From contig CAIPHT010000005.1 of assembly GCA_903864935.1 (NCBI GenBank), positions 9,867 to 73,866 of the forward strand: DNA of 64,000 bases, written 5' to 3'. The position numbers were made by a program, and so were the translations under genes. Every line of letters starts with the position of its first letter. The first letter of the stretch is position 1. Positions 50,032-60,465 of this stretch are shown in pieces. The notes beneath the pieces were generated by a model that was not told the origin of the DNA, did no database searches, and saw only the letters and a program-made list of their open reading frames with translations. This stretch comes from Candidatus Vogelbacteria bacterium. GTDB taxonomy: Bacteria; Patescibacteriota; Minisyncoccia; Phycocordibacterales; XYD1-FULL-46-19.

Positions 50032-52173
50032 ATGCGTGACTATCCGCTCGATAAAGTTCGTAACTTCGGTATTATTGCCCACATTGACGCTGGTAAGACA
50101 ACTGTCTCCGAGCGTATTCTTTATTATACTGGTGTTTCTCATAAGATTGGTGAAGTTCACGAAGGGGAGGCGACCATGGACTGGATGGATCAAGAGCGTG
50201 AGCGTGGTATCACCATTTGTTCGGCTGCGACCACCGCTTTTTGGACACCTACCTATGATCTCCTAAATCCTGAGCGCAAGCACCGCTTGAATATTATTGA
50301 TACCCCAGGGCACATCGACTTCACTGTTGAGGTTAAGCGCTCTCTCCGCGTGCTTGATGGTGCTGTCGTTATCTTCGACGGTGTCGCTGGTGTGGAGCCT
50401 CAGTCTGAGACCAACTGGCGTTATGCTGATGAGGCTAAGGTTCCTCGTATGTGCTTCATCAACAAGCTCGACCGTATGGGTGCCTCTTTTGATAAATCCT
50501 ATCAGACCATTCTTGACCGTCTCTCTAAGAAAGCGGTTCGCACTCAGATCCCGATCGGCGTTGATTCTGAACACGAAGGCGTTATTGATTTGTTGAAGAT
50601 GAAGGGTTACCTCTTCGAAGGCGATAAAGGTAAAGAAATTAAAGAAATTGAGATTCCCGAGAAATATCTTGAGGATGCCAAAACTCTTCGCGCCGAGCTC
50701 GTTGAGCGTATTGTTGAGAATGATGACGCTCTAATGACCGATTTTCTTGAGGGTAAGGAGATTGCCATCGCTGATCTTAAGCGTGTTTTGCGCAAGGCGG
50801 TTATTGCTAATGAAATTTTCCCAGTCATGTGTGGTTCAGCTCTTAAGAACAAGGGTGTTCAGCTAATGCTTGATGCCGTTGTTGATTATTTGCCAAGTCC
50901 ACTCGACATGCCCGCTATCCACGGCTTCCACCCCGTCACTGGCGAAGAGGAATTCCGCAAGACCTCTGATGATGAGCATTTCTCTGCTCTTGCTTTCAAA
51001 ATGCAGGCTGACCCCTTTGTTGGGCAGTTGACCTTCTTCCGTGTCTACTCCGGCGTTCTTAAATCCGGTTCTTATGTCTACAACTCGATCAATGATGAGA
51101 AAGAGCGTGTTGGCCGTATCGTCCGTCTCCATGCTAACCATCGTGAAGAAGTTCCCGAGGTCTATGCTGGAGAAATTGCCGCTATCGTCGGATTGAAGAA
51201 TACCAAGACTGGTCACACCCTTTGTGACGAGAATTTCCCCATCGTACTTGAAGGTATCAAGATTCCTGAGCCGGTGGTGGAGATGCGCATTGAGCCTAAG
51301 ACCAAGGTTGACCAAGAGAAGATGGGTATTGCGCTTAAGAAACTTTCTGACGAAGATCCAACCTTCCGCATCAAATCTGATCCTGAGACTATGGAGACTA
51401 TTATTGCCGGTATGGGTGAATTGCACTTAGACGTTCTCGTTGAGCGTATGAAGCGTGAGTTTGGTGTAGAGGCGAATATTGGTAAGCCACAGGTCGCTTA
51501 TAAAGAAACAATCACTGCCGAGGCTGAGGCTGAAGGCAAATATGTTAAGCAGTCTGGTGGTAAGGGTCAATACGGTCACGTTCGTTTGCGCATTAAGCCG
51601 ATGGAGAAGATTGTTGACCCCGATGCTAAGGTGGCCAAGAACATTAAGCGTGAAGCTAATTTTGAATTCATCAATAATATTAAGGGTGGCGCTATCCCTG
51701 GTGAATATATCCCAGCCGTGGAGAAGGGTGTGCGCGAGGGTCTCTCCCGTGGTATCTCAGCGGGCTTCGAAGTTGTCGATGTCTCTGTCGAGCTCTATGA
51801 TGGTTCTTATCACGAAGTGGACTCCTCCGAAATGGCCTTCAAGATGGCCGGTTCGATGGCTCTCCAAGATGCCGCTCGTCGCGCCAAGCCAGTGCTCCTT
51901 GAGCCAATTATGAAAGTTGAGGTCGTGGTGCCTGAGAAGTTCATGGGTGATATCACTGGTCACCTCTCCTCCAAGCGTGGCCAGATTGAGGCGATGGAAG
52001 AAAGAGGCGACCTCAAGGTTATCAATGCCAAGGTACCGCTCTCCGAAATGTTCGGCTATGTCACCACTCTCCGCTCGATGACCGAAGGCCGTGGTAATTA
52101 CACAATGGAATTCCTCGAGTATGCCATTATCCCTAACTCGGTGGCCCAGGCGATTATTGAGGCGAGAAAATAA
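50032..52173 (+). CDS. fusA: elongation factor G
   Basis: G-domain [22 protein letters not shown]; domains II-V; 713 aa. Confidence 0.95.
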   Translation: MRDYPLDKVRNFGIIAHIDAGKTTVSERILYYTGVSHKIGEVHEGEATMDWMDQERERGITICSAATTAFWTPTYDLLNPERKHRLNIIDTPGHIDFTVEVKRSLRVLDGAVVIFDGVAGVEPQSETNWRYADEAKVPRMCFINKLDRMGASFDKSYQTILDRLSKKAVRTQIPIGVDSEHEGVIDLLKMKGYLFEGDKGKEIKEIEIPEKYLEDAKTLRAELVERIVENDDALMTDFLEGKEIAIADLKRVLRKAVIANEIFPVMCGSALKNKGVQLMLDAVVDYLPSPLDMPAIHGFHPVTGEEEFRKTSDDEHFSALAFKMQADPFVGQLTFFRVYSGVLKSGSYVYNSINDEKERVGRIVRLHANHREEVPEVYAGEIAAIVGLKNTKTGHTLCDENFPIVLEGIKIPEPVVEMRIEPKTKVDQEKMGIALKKLSDEDPTFRIKSDPETMETIIAGMGELHLDVLVERMKREFGVEANIGKPQVAYKETITAEAEAEGKYVKQSGGKGQYGHVRLRIKPMEKIVDPDAKVAKNIKREANFEFINNIKGGAIPGEYIPAVEKGVREGLSRGISAGFEVVDVSVELYDGSYHEVDSSEMAFKMAGSMALQDAARRAKPVLLEPIMKVEVVVPEKFMGDITGHLSSKRGQIEAMEERGDLKVINAKVPLSEMFGYVTTLRSMTEGRGNYTMEFLEYAIIPNSVAQAIIEARK

Positions 52174-52327
52174 GACTTAAAAATTAGCCAAAGCCCCGCT
52201 GGATATGTCCATATCCAGCGGGGCTTTGCTTTTATTGACTTATCTTTGGATTTTGCTAATATAAGTGTTGCGTTTGTGCGCAGTCTTTTAATTTGTATTT
52301 ATTATTAATCGTTAATTTTAATTAATT

Positions 52328-53533
52328 ATGGCAGCAGAAAAATTTGATCGTTCCAAGCCACACGTTAACGTCGGGACCATTGGCCACGTTGACCACGGCA
52401 AGACCACCCTCACCGCCGCTATCTTGTACACTCTAAACATGGCCGCTGGCCAGGGTTATAGTGCACGCGTAGAAGGTGTTGATGGTATTGATAATGCCCC
52501 TGAAGAAAAAGCTCGTGGGATCACGATTGCTCTTCACCACTCCGAGTACGGTACTCCTAAGCGTCACTATGCTCACATCGACGCCCCAGGTCACGCCGAC
52601 TATATTAAGAACATGATCACTGGTGCTGCCCAGATGGATGGCGCTGTTATCGTTGTTGCTGCGACTGACGGTCTTATGCCTCAGACTCGTGAGCACATTC
52701 TTTTGGCTCGTCAGGTTGGTGTACCTAAGATTATTGTCTTCATCAACAAGTGCGATATGGTTGATGATCCTGAACTTATTGACTTGGTTGAGGAAGAAGT
52801 TCGCGAACTTCTTACCAAACAAGAATTCGATGGTGCCAACTGCCCAGTTATCCGTGGCTCCGCTCTTAAGGCTCTTGCCGCCACCAGTCTTGATGACGAG
52901 TGGTCCAAGAAGATTATGGAGTTAGTCCAAGCGATGGATGACTATATTCCTGATCCTGTTCGTGAAGTTGACAAGCCTTTCTTGATGCCGATTGAAGATA
53001 TCTTCTCTATTGAAGGTCGCGGTACTGTCGTTACTGGCCGTATCGAGCGCGGTGTTGTGAAGGTTGGTGAAGATGCTGAGATTGTTGGTCTTAAGGACAC
53101 TGTCAAGACCACCATTACCGGTATCGAAATGTTCAACAAGCAACTCGATGAGGGTATGGCTGGCGACAACGCTGGTATTCTCTTGCGCGGTCTTAAGAAG
53201 GATGATGTCACTCGTGGTCAGGTTTTGGCCAAGGTTGGTTCTATCACTCCTCACACCGAATTTACTGCTGAAGTTTACATTTTGACTAAGGAAGAAGGTG
53301 GTCGTCACACCCCATTCTTCGCTGGTTACAAACCACAGTTCTACATCCGTACCACTGACGTGACTGGTGAGGTTATCCTCCCAGAGGATGTGAAGATGGT
53401 TATGCCTGGCGATACCATTAGCATTACTGTTAAGTTGATTTCTCCGGTTGCCTTGGAAGACAAGCAACGCTTTGCTATCCGCGAGGGTGGTAAGACTGTT
53501 GGAGCCGGTGCCGTTAACAAAATTATTGCTTAA
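52328..53533 (+). CDS. tuf: elongation factor Tu
   Basis: [22 protein letters not shown], and the remainder canonical; 401 aa. Confidence 0.95.
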   Translation: MAAEKFDRSKPHVNVGTIGHVDHGKTTLTAAILYTLNMAAGQGYSARVEGVDGIDNAPEEKARGITIALHHSEYGTPKRHYAHIDAPGHADYIKNMITGAAQMDGAVIVVAATDGLMPQTREHILLARQVGVPKIIVFINKCDMVDDPELIDLVEEEVRELLTKQEFDGANCPVIRGSALKALAATSLDDEWSKKIMELVQAMDDYIPDPVREVDKPFLMPIEDIFSIEGRGTVVTGRIERGVVKVGEDAEIVGLKDTVKTTITGIEMFNKQLDEGMAGDNAGILLRGLKKDDVTRGQVLAKVGSITPHTEFTAEVYILTKEEGGRHTPFFAGYKPQFYIRTTDVTGEVILPEDVKMVMPGDTISITVKLISPVALEDKQRFAIREGGKTVGAGAVNKIIA

Positions 53534-53566
53534 GTTCGCTTAATCAATCAAGCACCTTACAAAATT

Positions 53567-53941
53567 ATGGAAAACGAAACAAAAACAACCAAAGCCAAGA
53601 AGCCGGTGAAGGCCAAGAAGGATGAGGTAAAAGAATTGGCCAAGTTGCGCATCCGTGTCTCAGCTTATGAGCACAAAGTGCTTGATGCTTCGGTGAAGCA
53701 GATTGTCGATACCGCGACTCGTTATGATGGTAAGATTGAGGGCCCTATCCCTCTTCCTACTGAGTTCAAGAAGTATACGGTTAACCGTAGCTCCTTCATC
53801 GACAAGAACTCCCGCGAGCAGTTCGAAATGCGTATCCATAAGCGCTTGATTGATATCTCTAACCCCTCTCCGAAGTTGATTGAGAGCCTCACAAATCTCA
53901 ATCTTCCATCCGGAGTTAACATTGACGTAAAGATGATGTAA
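53567..53941 (+). CDS. rpsJ: 30S ribosomal protein uS10 with a Lys-rich N-terminal extension
   Basis: [37 protein letters not shown]... with an extra ~25 aa [12 protein letters not shown] at the N-terminus. Confidence 0.9.
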   Translation: MENETKTTKAKKPVKAKKDEVKELAKLRIRVSAYEHKVLDASVKQIVDTATRYDGKIEGPIPLPTEFKKYTVNRSSFIDKNSREQFEMRIHKRLIDISNPSPKLIESLTNLNLPSGVNIDVKMM

Positions 53942-53962
53942 AGTCGCTCGACTTACTTCAGT

Positions 53963-54003
53963 TAAACAACACAGAAAACCCCTCCAGCGAGGGGTTTTCT
54001 TAC
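53963..54003. terminator. intrinsic terminator, near-identical copy of 20752-20797
   Basis: AAACAACACAGAAAACCCCTCCAGCGAGGGGTTTTC. Confidence 0.6.
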
Positions 54004-54412
54004 GCTCCGCATCGGCCATTTTGCCATTGTTCTCGCTTTGCTCGAACATAAATGATGGCAAAAACCGGCTGGCCGTAGCTACGCGAGGTTGTTTAACTGA
54101 AGAAGTCTCGCTTAACTGCAAACCGCCACTGAGAGGCGAAGCCTCTCAGTGGCGGTTTGCTAGAAACTCGAAACCCTACCAATCGGTAGGGTTTCTCGGA
54201 GGCCGGAGCCACTAATACATAAATTGTAATACTGGGCATTTGAAAGTCAAATCAAAAAAAAGGCCCCCGATGCAGACGTGTCTGCATAAGGGTCCTCTCC
54301 GTAGTGATGTGTATATTATACCCCCGGGTATTAAAAAGTCAAGAAATGGAAAACCCGCCGGCGGCAAGCGGGAAATCCGTTTGCGCGCGCGGCGGGTGTG
54401 TGGGCAGTGAAC

Positions 54413-54829
54413 TTAGCTGAGGTCGACGCCAGCCTCTTTCATGGCTTTGGCGAGGGCCTTTTCGACGAGGGTGGGAAGTTTTTTCTTGAACTCTTCGACC
54501 AGGGCCAGGGCTCTTGCCGGAAGGTCTTCAAGGTGAGATCTCTTCAACTCGTCACCGTCCCTTCTGTGCTTCAGTGAAATCTTGCTCATCTCGGCGCAGA
54601 GGATTTTGACCTGCTCCAATTCCTGGAGGTCCTCTTTCGGGATGTCCTTGCTGAGAAAATGGTATTTCGAGGCCATGTCTCTGCCGGCATCTTCCACTGT
54701 GTGCACCAAACGCCAGTCGTCTTTCCCTTCCCAGTTGGTGAGTCTCTTGAGGGGGTTACCGAAGTGTTCTGTTGAGCGTGTTGGTTGGCTTCGGTATTCT
54801 TCAACTAAACGCCTGAAGTTTATCATCAA
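54413..54829 (-). CDS. hypothetical protein (138 aa), GC-richer, inserted between rpsJ and rplC on the opposite strand
   Basis: Own consensus promoter (54902-54930, minus), RBS AAGGAGAA, and several downstream terminator hairpins (54120-54400). Confidence 0.5.
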   Translation of the reverse strand: MMINFRRLVEEYRSQPTRSTEHFGNPLKRLTNWEGKDDWRLVHTVEDAGRDMASKYHFLSKDIPKEDLQELEQVKILCAEMSKISLKHRRDGDELKRSHLEDLPARALALVEEFKKKLPTLVEKALAKAMKEAGVDLS

Positions 54830-54901
54830 CTTTCTCCTTCTTCTTTCTGACCTTATCTCAAAAGCACCCTACTTGTTCGGGCACCTTACTCTCTATAATT
54901 A

Positions 54902-54930
54902 AGTATAGCACAATAGGTTCTATATGTCAA
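54902..54930 (-). promoter_or_regulatory. extended -10 sigma70 promoter TTGACA-N17(..TGC)-TATACT on the minus strand
   Basis: Reverse complement reads TTGACAtatagaacctattgtgcTATACT; drives the 54413-54829 gene. Confidence 0.6.
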
Positions 54931-54946
54931 TGGCTCTACATTCAGA

Positions 54947-54986
54947 CCCCGCCCAGGTCTCGGGCGACCTTGAGGCCTGGGCGGGG
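54947..54986. repeat. GC-rich hairpin CCCCGCCCAGGTCTCGGGCGACCTTGAGGCCTGGGCGGGG between divergent promoters
   Basis: Same family as 39808, 48441 and 59543. Confidence 0.6.
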
Positions 54987-55003
54987 GAAAGGAGGGGTAA
55001 ATA

Positions 55004-55032
55004 TTGACTTTAAATGACATTCTGGTAGTATA
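55004..55032 (+). promoter_or_regulatory. putative promoter TTGACT-N16-TAGTAT for the rplC-rplB segment
   Basis: Hexamers read by eye; weaker than the others. Confidence 0.35.
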
Positions 55033-55067
55033 AACCAGAGCTCGTAGGGGCTATTATTTTTACTTTT

Positions 55068-55721
55068 ATGAAATTCATTCTCGGCAAAAAGGAATACATG
55101 ACCCAGCTCTTCGATGAGTCTGGTAAGGTTGTCCCTGGGACGGTTGTTTCGGTTGGGCCGATGTCTGTTCTAGAGATTAAGAAAGGCAAGCCTTCTACGA
55201 CTAGATCCAAGACTGGTACTTACGATTCAATGGTTATTGGTTATGGTGAGCGCAAACTCTCTAATGTTAATAAGCCTCAGAAAGGTTTGATTAAGAAGGC
55301 CCTGGCTGATAAGGAAAAGGGTTTTGCCGTTATTCGTGAGTTCAATAATAAGAAAAGCGAGTTACCAGCTGTTGAAGTTGGCTCAACTATCGATGCCTCG
55401 GTCTTCGCTGTCGGCGATAAGGTGGTTGTGAGCTCTATTTCTAAGGGTAAGGGCTTCCAAGGTGTCGTCAAGCGTCACGGCTTCAAGGGTGGACGTCGTT
55501 CTCATGGTCAGAAGCACTCTGAGCGTGAGCCAGGTTCTATCGGTGCTGGTGGCAAACAACGTGTTCTTCCTGGTATGCGCATGGGTGGCCGTATGGGTAC
55601 TGATCGTATTACTGCTAAGAATTGCATCGTTTCCCGTGTTGATGCCGAGAAGAATTTGATTTTTATAAAGGGGGCCATTGCCGGTCGCAAGGGGACGTTG
55701 GTTGAGATAATGAGCAAGTAG
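55068..55721 (+). CDS. rplC: 50S ribosomal protein uL3
   Basis: Canonical L3 sequence (..GKGFQGVVKRHGF.GG...HG...). Confidence 0.92.
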   Translation: MKFILGKKEYMTQLFDESGKVVPGTVVSVGPMSVLEIKKGKPSTTRSKTGTYDSMVIGYGERKLSNVNKPQKGLIKKALADKEKGFAVIREFNNKKSELPAVEVGSTIDASVFAVGDKVVVSSISKGKGFQGVVKRHGFKGGRRSHGQKHSEREPGSIGAGGKQRVLPGMRMGGRMGTDRITAKNCIVSRVDAEKNLIFIKGAIAGRKGTLVEIMSK

Positions 55722-55750
55722 TAAAAGTAGTAGAGTAGTAAAGTAATATC

Positions 55751-56419
55751 ATGATTGACGCTAAAGTATACAATTTTGAAGGAGTAGAGTCAGGGAAGGC
55801 GAGTTTGCCTGAAGCAGTTTTTGGCGTTAAGTGGAACAATGATCTTGTTTATCAAGTGGCTGTTGCTATGCAGGCTAATCTTCGCCGCGTGACCGCTGAT
55901 ACTAAAGACCGCGCTGAAGTTCGTGGTGGTGGCAAGAAGCCTTATCGCCAGAAGGGTACCGGCCGCGCTCGTCACGGGTCCTCTCGTTCACCAATCTGGA
56001 TTGGTGGTGGTGTTACTCATGGACCGCTCGCCGAGAAGGATTATAGCCAGAAGATTAATAAGAAAATGAAATCCAAGGCCTTCTTCATTGTTTTGTCTAA
56101 GAAATTAGCTGATGGTGAAGTCGTTTTTGTCCAAGATTTGCCTCTAACTGTGGCTAAGACTAAGCAAGCTCAAGCTTATTTGAATAATTTTGCTAAGGCT
56201 GGCTTCGAGAAAATCAACTACAAGAAGGGCAAGCGTGCTCTTATCACTACCGCCAAGAAGGATGAGAAGACCTCTAAGAGTTTCAAGAATATTCCTAGCG
56301 CTACTGTCACTGACTTGCGCGACGTGAACATGCTTGATTTGTTGAATTACAAGTATTTGGTCATTACTAATCCGGCTGACAGTTTGGCTGTTCTTAAAAC
56401 AAGAGCTAAAGCAGAATAG
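55751..56419 (+). CDS. rplD: 50S ribosomal protein uL4
   Basis: Canonical L4 (..RGGGKKPYRQKGTGRARHGS..). Confidence 0.92.
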   Translation: MIDAKVYNFEGVESGKASLPEAVFGVKWNNDLVYQVAVAMQANLRRVTADTKDRAEVRGGGKKPYRQKGTGRARHGSSRSPIWIGGGVTHGPLAEKDYSQKINKKMKSKAFFIVLSKKLADGEVVFVQDLPLTVAKTKQAQAYLNNFAKAGFEKINYKKGKRALITTAKKDEKTSKSFKNIPSATVTDLRDVNMLDLLNYKYLVITNPADSLAVLKTRAKAE

Positions 56420-56447
56420 TTCGATAAACTCACTATAAATAATTATT

Positions 56448-56750
56448 ATGTCTAAGATTGGCAAAGAAAATAAAACCCAGATTGTCCTGAAGTCACCTCG
56501 CGTCACCGAGAAGTCGACCGATTTGTCTGTCCGGACGAACCCCGCTTATGTCTTCGAAGTTGCTCGTGAGGCCACCAAGCCGATGATTGTTGCCGCTTTT
56601 GAAGCGAAGTATAAGGTCAAGCCGGTCAAGGTCAACATTGTTAATTTGCCAGCCAAGAAGACCATGGTCCGCGGTAAGCGTGGCTCTAAGAGCGCGATCA
56701 AGAAGGCGATGGTTTTTATTAAAGCTGGTGAGAAAATAGAAATTGTCTAA
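56448..56750 (+). CDS. rplW: 50S ribosomal protein uL23
   Basis: Canonical L23. Confidence 0.9.
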   Translation: MSKIGKENKTQIVLKSPRVTEKSTDLSVRTNPAYVFEVAREATKPMIVAAFEAKYKVKPVKVNIVNLPAKKTMVRGKRGSKSAIKKAMVFIKAGEKIEIV

Positions 56751-57591
56751 TATGAAAAAATACGCCCCAACAACTCCATCCCGTCGCAACATGACCACGA
56801 TCAACTATCGTGAGTATTTGACCGTTTCTGAGCCACATAAGCCTCTCACCAAAGGGGTGAAGCGAGATGTTGGCCGTAATGGTGATGGTCGCATCACTGT
56901 CCGTCACAAGGGGGGTGGACACAAGCGCCTCTATCGCGACATTGATTTTAAATATACTAAGGTTGGTATCCCGGCCAAGATTGAGACTGTGGAGTATGAT
57001 CCTAATCGCTCTGGCTTCATTGCCCTTGTCTGTTACAAGGATGGGGCTCGTGCTTATCACTTGCTTCCTAAGGAGCTCAAGGTTGGTGATGTTATCTTGA
57101 ATGATGCTAGCGCTGATGTGAAGACCGGCAACCGTTTACCACTTTCTAAAATTCCTGTTGGTACCTTTATTTACAATATCGAGACCAAGCCGGGGAGTGG
57201 AGCTAAGTTTGTCCGTTCGGCTGGTTCTTATGCTGAGGTTGTCTCTCATGATGCTGGCTATACCGCCATCAAGATGCCTTCAACTGAAGTTCATAAATTA
57301 CTTGATACCTGTTCCGCTTCGATTGGGGCCGTTTCTAATGATGAACACAAATTAGTTAAGTATGGTAAGGCCGGCCGTTCTCGCTGGAAGGGTATTCGCC
57401 CAACTGTCCGAGGCACCGCTATGAACCCAGTAGATCATCCATACGGAGGAGGTGAAGGTGTCCAAGGCCGAGGTACTCGTCGTCCTAAGACCATGTGGGG
57501 TAAGGTTACCGGTGGTAAGAAGACTCGTCACCCTAAGAAATACTCTAACCACCTCGTTGTTTCTCGCCGTAAGGTTGGGAAAAGAAAGTAA
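56743..57591 (+). CDS. rplB: 50S ribosomal protein uL2
   Basis: Canonical L2 (..GGGHKRLYR.., ..RGTAMNPVDHPYGGGEG..). Confidence 0.93.
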   Translation: MSNMKKYAPTTPSRRNMTTINYREYLTVSEPHKPLTKGVKRDVGRNGDGRITVRHKGGGHKRLYRDIDFKYTKVGIPAKIETVEYDPNRSGFIALVCYKDGARAYHLLPKELKVGDVILNDASADVKTGNRLPLSKIPVGTFIYNIETKPGSGAKFVRSAGSYAEVVSHDAGYTAIKMPSTEVHKLLDTCSASIGAVSNDEHKLVKYGKAGRSRWKGIRPTVRGTAMNPVDHPYGGGEGVQGRGTRRPKTMWGKVTGGKKTRHPKKYSNHLVVSRRKVGKRK

Positions 57592-57602
57592 AAACTCAGA
57601 AC

Positions 57603-57645
57603 TGCCCTTGGCCTTCGGTCAAGGGCAGTTTTACTTTTCCCCCTT
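57603..57645 (+). terminator. intrinsic terminator CTGCCCTTGGCCTTCGGTCAAGGGCAG + TTTT immediately after rplB (inside the S10 operon)
   Basis: Perfect 9-bp stem plus a T-run. Confidence 0.6.
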
Positions 57646-57750
57646 TTTTTCTTTTCCCTCATGTCCCTCAATGCTATTATTAACCTAGGCCTAAAGTGCC
57701 TAACGTGTTTTTATTATAAATTTATTAGTAACCAATTTTTTATTAAACAA

Positions 57751-59511
57751 ATGAAAAAGTATCTTTTTGGAGCCCTCTTGGCCTTAGCGCTAGTTGTTGC
57801 TCCTTTTGTGTCTAGTGCGGCAACTACCCCTGTGGCAAATCAAGGCAAGCCAGTTGTTAAGTTGGCCACCGGGTCAGTATCTCTAAAAGATGGGCGGGTT
57901 GAAGCCGTTTTTAATGGTTACGTTTCCTCTTCTGGCGGGGAGGCCTACATTGATAAGAACAATCCCTTTAACGTTCGCCTGATTAATTATTCGGGAAAGG
58001 GCCTAAATAATAATAGTTGTAAAGTTGTGTCATATGATTATGATAAAAATTTGTCTAGCGTAAAGGGTAAATGGGGGCAATTAATTACAGTTTTGAAAAA
58101 TGGCACAAATGCTCGATATAGAGTTGTGGTTAGTTGCGACACTAATGGGTTATTAGCTGGAGTTTACTATGCAGAATTATCCTATTTATATTATTGGCCA
58201 ACTATCATGAGTCAATATGGGGCTCATCTAAATATCAATAATAAGTCAAATGATTATGTTTATGTGTCTGGTGATAAATCATCCCCTTGGATTTCCAATG
58301 TAAATAATCCTGTTGAGAACGGAGGCAAAGTTGCTCTAAGTGGTTTCAATTTGGGTAATATTAACGCTGTCTATGTCGATGGTCTTCCGGTTTCCACTGA
58401 ACATAACACCTCTGACCCTAACAATCTTTCGTTTAATTTGGCAGAAGACCTTACTGTTGGTCATCATGAATTTCAAGTGGCCAACGTTAATGGGCGAAGT
58501 AATTTAGGCGACTTAATTATTAAACCCCGTGTTATTATTGTAAGCCTTCTCTTTGCTCCATCGACCTTTATCCCTACCAGTCAGACCCTTAAGGGGGGAG
58601 ACTCAAAGTCGATTATTGCGATTGATCTCAGCGTCTACAGGTCAAAGCTGGCTGTTAGCCGTTTAGATGTTCATTTTACCGAGCGCCCATGGCTTAACTT
58701 CAGTGAAGTTAGCTTAAGAGATATCAATGGTACGATTATTGCTCGCAAAACCTTATCAGGACCTAATGACGCGACAGAAGTCTCGGCTGGTTCTGAGTAT
58801 TTTGTTCGTTTTGATAACATTGATTATCCCGTTATTCCTGGTAACAAGTCTACTCTCGTTGCTTGGGCCAATGTCCGCCCTATTGCTAAGTTTACGGCTG
58901 GAGAGAAGGTTGGAGTTAGTATTCCTGCTGGTTCCGTCCAGTATTTTAGTGGCCTAAGCACGACGACTGTTGGCTTGGGTTCTGCTTTTCGGATTGGCGG
59001 GGCCTATGTCAATACTTTAACCATGCTTGATACGGTCTCCTCTCCGGTTATTACTCCAACCCCTGCACCAGTCACTCCAGTTACTACCGGTTCGGTTGTT
59101 ACTCCAACCCCAGTTTCAACTCCAGCCCCTACTACCGTTACGGCTGAAGTTTCCCCTCGCGTCTCGGCTATTGCCGGTAACCTTTACCCAGGTGGGTGGG
59201 TTAAGTTGAGTGGGGCTCGCTTAACGACGGACGTCAAAATTGTAGATAATTATGACCCTAGTAAGATTGTGGTGCCACTGAGCCTCTCCGATGTTAATGG
59301 TGACGGGACACGCATTGATTTCAAGTTGCCTTCGGATATGAAGATCGGGGCCTATTACCTTAATGTTTACAGCAAGACGGGCATGAAGAGCCCAACCATG
59401 CCTTTCCCAGTCACTGCCAAACCTGTCACTTCGGCTCAAGCTAAGGTTAACCAGCTCGCGGCCACGGCCAGTGCCCTACAGGCTATTCTTGATAAAATGA
59501 TGGGGCAGTAG
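57751..59511 (+). CDS. secreted surface protein (signal peptide, Ig/IPT-like beta domains, Pro/Thr-rich linker) inserted between rplB and rpsS
   Basis: MKKYLFGALLALALVVAPFVSSAA signal, PTPAPVTPVTTGSVVTPTPVSTPAPTT linker, and 586 aa of beta-rich sequence. The ATG at 57751 is preferred over the upstream extension. Confidence 0.6.
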   Translation: MKKYLFGALLALALVVAPFVSSAATTPVANQGKPVVKLATGSVSLKDGRVEAVFNGYVSSSGGEAYIDKNNPFNVRLINYSGKGLNNNSCKVVSYDYDKNLSSVKGKWGQLITVLKNGTNARYRVVVSCDTNGLLAGVYYAELSYLYYWPTIMSQYGAHLNINNKSNDYVYVSGDKSSPWISNVNNPVENGGKVALSGFNLGNINAVYVDGLPVSTEHNTSDPNNLSFNLAEDLTVGHHEFQVANVNGRSNLGDLIIKPRVIIVSLLFAPSTFIPTSQTLKGGDSKSIIAIDLSVYRSKLAVSRLDVHFTERPWLNFSEVSLRDINGTIIARKTLSGPNDATEVSAGSEYFVRFDNIDYPVIPGNKSTLVAWANVRPIAKFTAGEKVGVSIPAGSVQYFSGLSTTTVGLGSAFRIGGAYVNTLTMLDTVSSPVITPTPAPVTPVTTGSVVTPTPVSTPAPTTVTAEVSPRVSAIAGNLYPGGWVKLSGARLTTDVKIVDNYDPSKIVVPLSLSDVNGDGTRIDFKLPSDMKIGAYYLNVYSKTGMKSPTMPFPVTAKPVTSAQAKVNQLAATASALQAILDKMMGQ

Positions 59512-59542
59512 AGTATTGAGATTGTCCTGAAATTAAGAAAAC

Positions 59543-59580
59543 CGCCCAGACCTCTAGTTTCCCGAGGTCTGGGCGGTTTT
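59543..59580 (+). terminator. intrinsic terminator of the CCGCCCAG hairpin family (CCGCCCAGACCTC...GAGGTCTGGGCGG + TTTT)
   Basis: 13-bp stem plus a T-tract after the surface-protein gene. Confidence 0.65.
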
Positions 59581-59616
59581 TGCTTGCCCCGTGGGGGTGA
59601 AGTCCCTCTACGGGGT

Positions 59617-59644
59617 TTGACATTATCCCCAATTTTGCTATGCT
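59617..59644 (+). promoter_or_regulatory. promoter TTGACA-N16(..TGC)-TATGCT re-starting transcription for rpsS...rplE, followed by a leader hairpin GTCCGCC-gact-GGCGGAC
   Basis: Hexamers at 59617-59622 and 59639-59644, with about 100 nt of structured leader before the rpsS ATG. Confidence 0.5.
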
Positions 59645-59746
59645 ATCCCTAGCTCAAATAAGGGGCGTCTGTCCGCCGACTGGCGGACTAAATTTTGCTC
59701 GTCAGGGTGTGCCGGTAGGCCACTTCAACGGGCGTTTAAAATATTT

Positions 59747-60085
59747 ATGGCACGATCATTATCTAAGGGTCCCTATGTGGACGAAAAACTTTTAAAGAAA
59801 CTTGTCGGTAAGAAGGCAAGTGAATCTGGCGTAATTAAGACTTGGGCCAGACGTAGCCAAATCTCCCCAGAGATGATCGGCTTTACTTTTGGTGTTCATA
59901 ATGGCAAGAGCCACTTGGAGGTTTTCGTGACCGAAGAAATGGTGGGCCACCGCTTAGGCGAATTTTCCCCAACTCGCAAGTTTACCAAACACGGCGGTAA
60001 GATGCAGAAGGAGATAGAGCAGAAGAAGAAGGAGGCTGAGATTAGCGCGGCTAAAGCGGCTAAGGACTCCCCAGCTAAGAAATAG
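59747..60085 (+). CDS. rpsS: 30S ribosomal protein uS19 with a Lys/Ala-rich C-terminal extension
   Basis: Canonical S19 core (..GPYVD..L...........IKTWSR.S.I.PEM.G..F.VHNG..) plus a ~25 aa extension. Confidence 0.9.
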   Translation: MARSLSKGPYVDEKLLKKLVGKKASESGVIKTWARRSQISPEMIGFTFGVHNGKSHLEVFVTEEMVGHRLGEFSPTRKFTKHGGKMQKEIEQKKKEAEISAAKAAKDSPAKK

Positions 60086-60110
60086 TTCGACCCGCTCACT
60101 ATAAATAATC

Positions 60111-60461
60111 ATGAAAGCTTTTCTTAAAAACCATCATCAGACTCCACGCAAGACCCGTCTCATCGCGGATCTTATTCGTGGCAAGAAGGTCTCGGTCGCT
60201 TTGGCTGAGCTTGATTTGGTAATTAAGAAGTCAGCGGCTCCAATCAAGAAGCTTATTGAGTCCGCCGTAGCGAATGCTAAATCTAATTTTAAGGCTAACG
60301 AGGAGGATCTCTATGTTAAGAATTTGACCGTCGATAAGGGTAATGTTATCAAGCGTTCTCAGCCGATGTCCCGTGGTCGCGCTTTCCCTATTCGTCACCG
60401 CTTGAGCCACATTCAAGTTGAATTAGAAGCTAAAAGCTCAAACCTTAACCCTAAAAGCTAA
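60111..60461 (+). CDS. rplV: 50S ribosomal protein uL22
   Basis: Canonical L22. Confidence 0.9.
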   Translation: MKAFLKNHHQTPRKTRLIADLIRGKKVSVALAELDLVIKKSAAPIKKLIESAVANAKSNFKANEEDLYVKNLTVDKGNVIKRSQPMSRGRAFPIRHRLSHIQVELEAKSSNLNPKS

Positions 60462-60465
60462 TATT

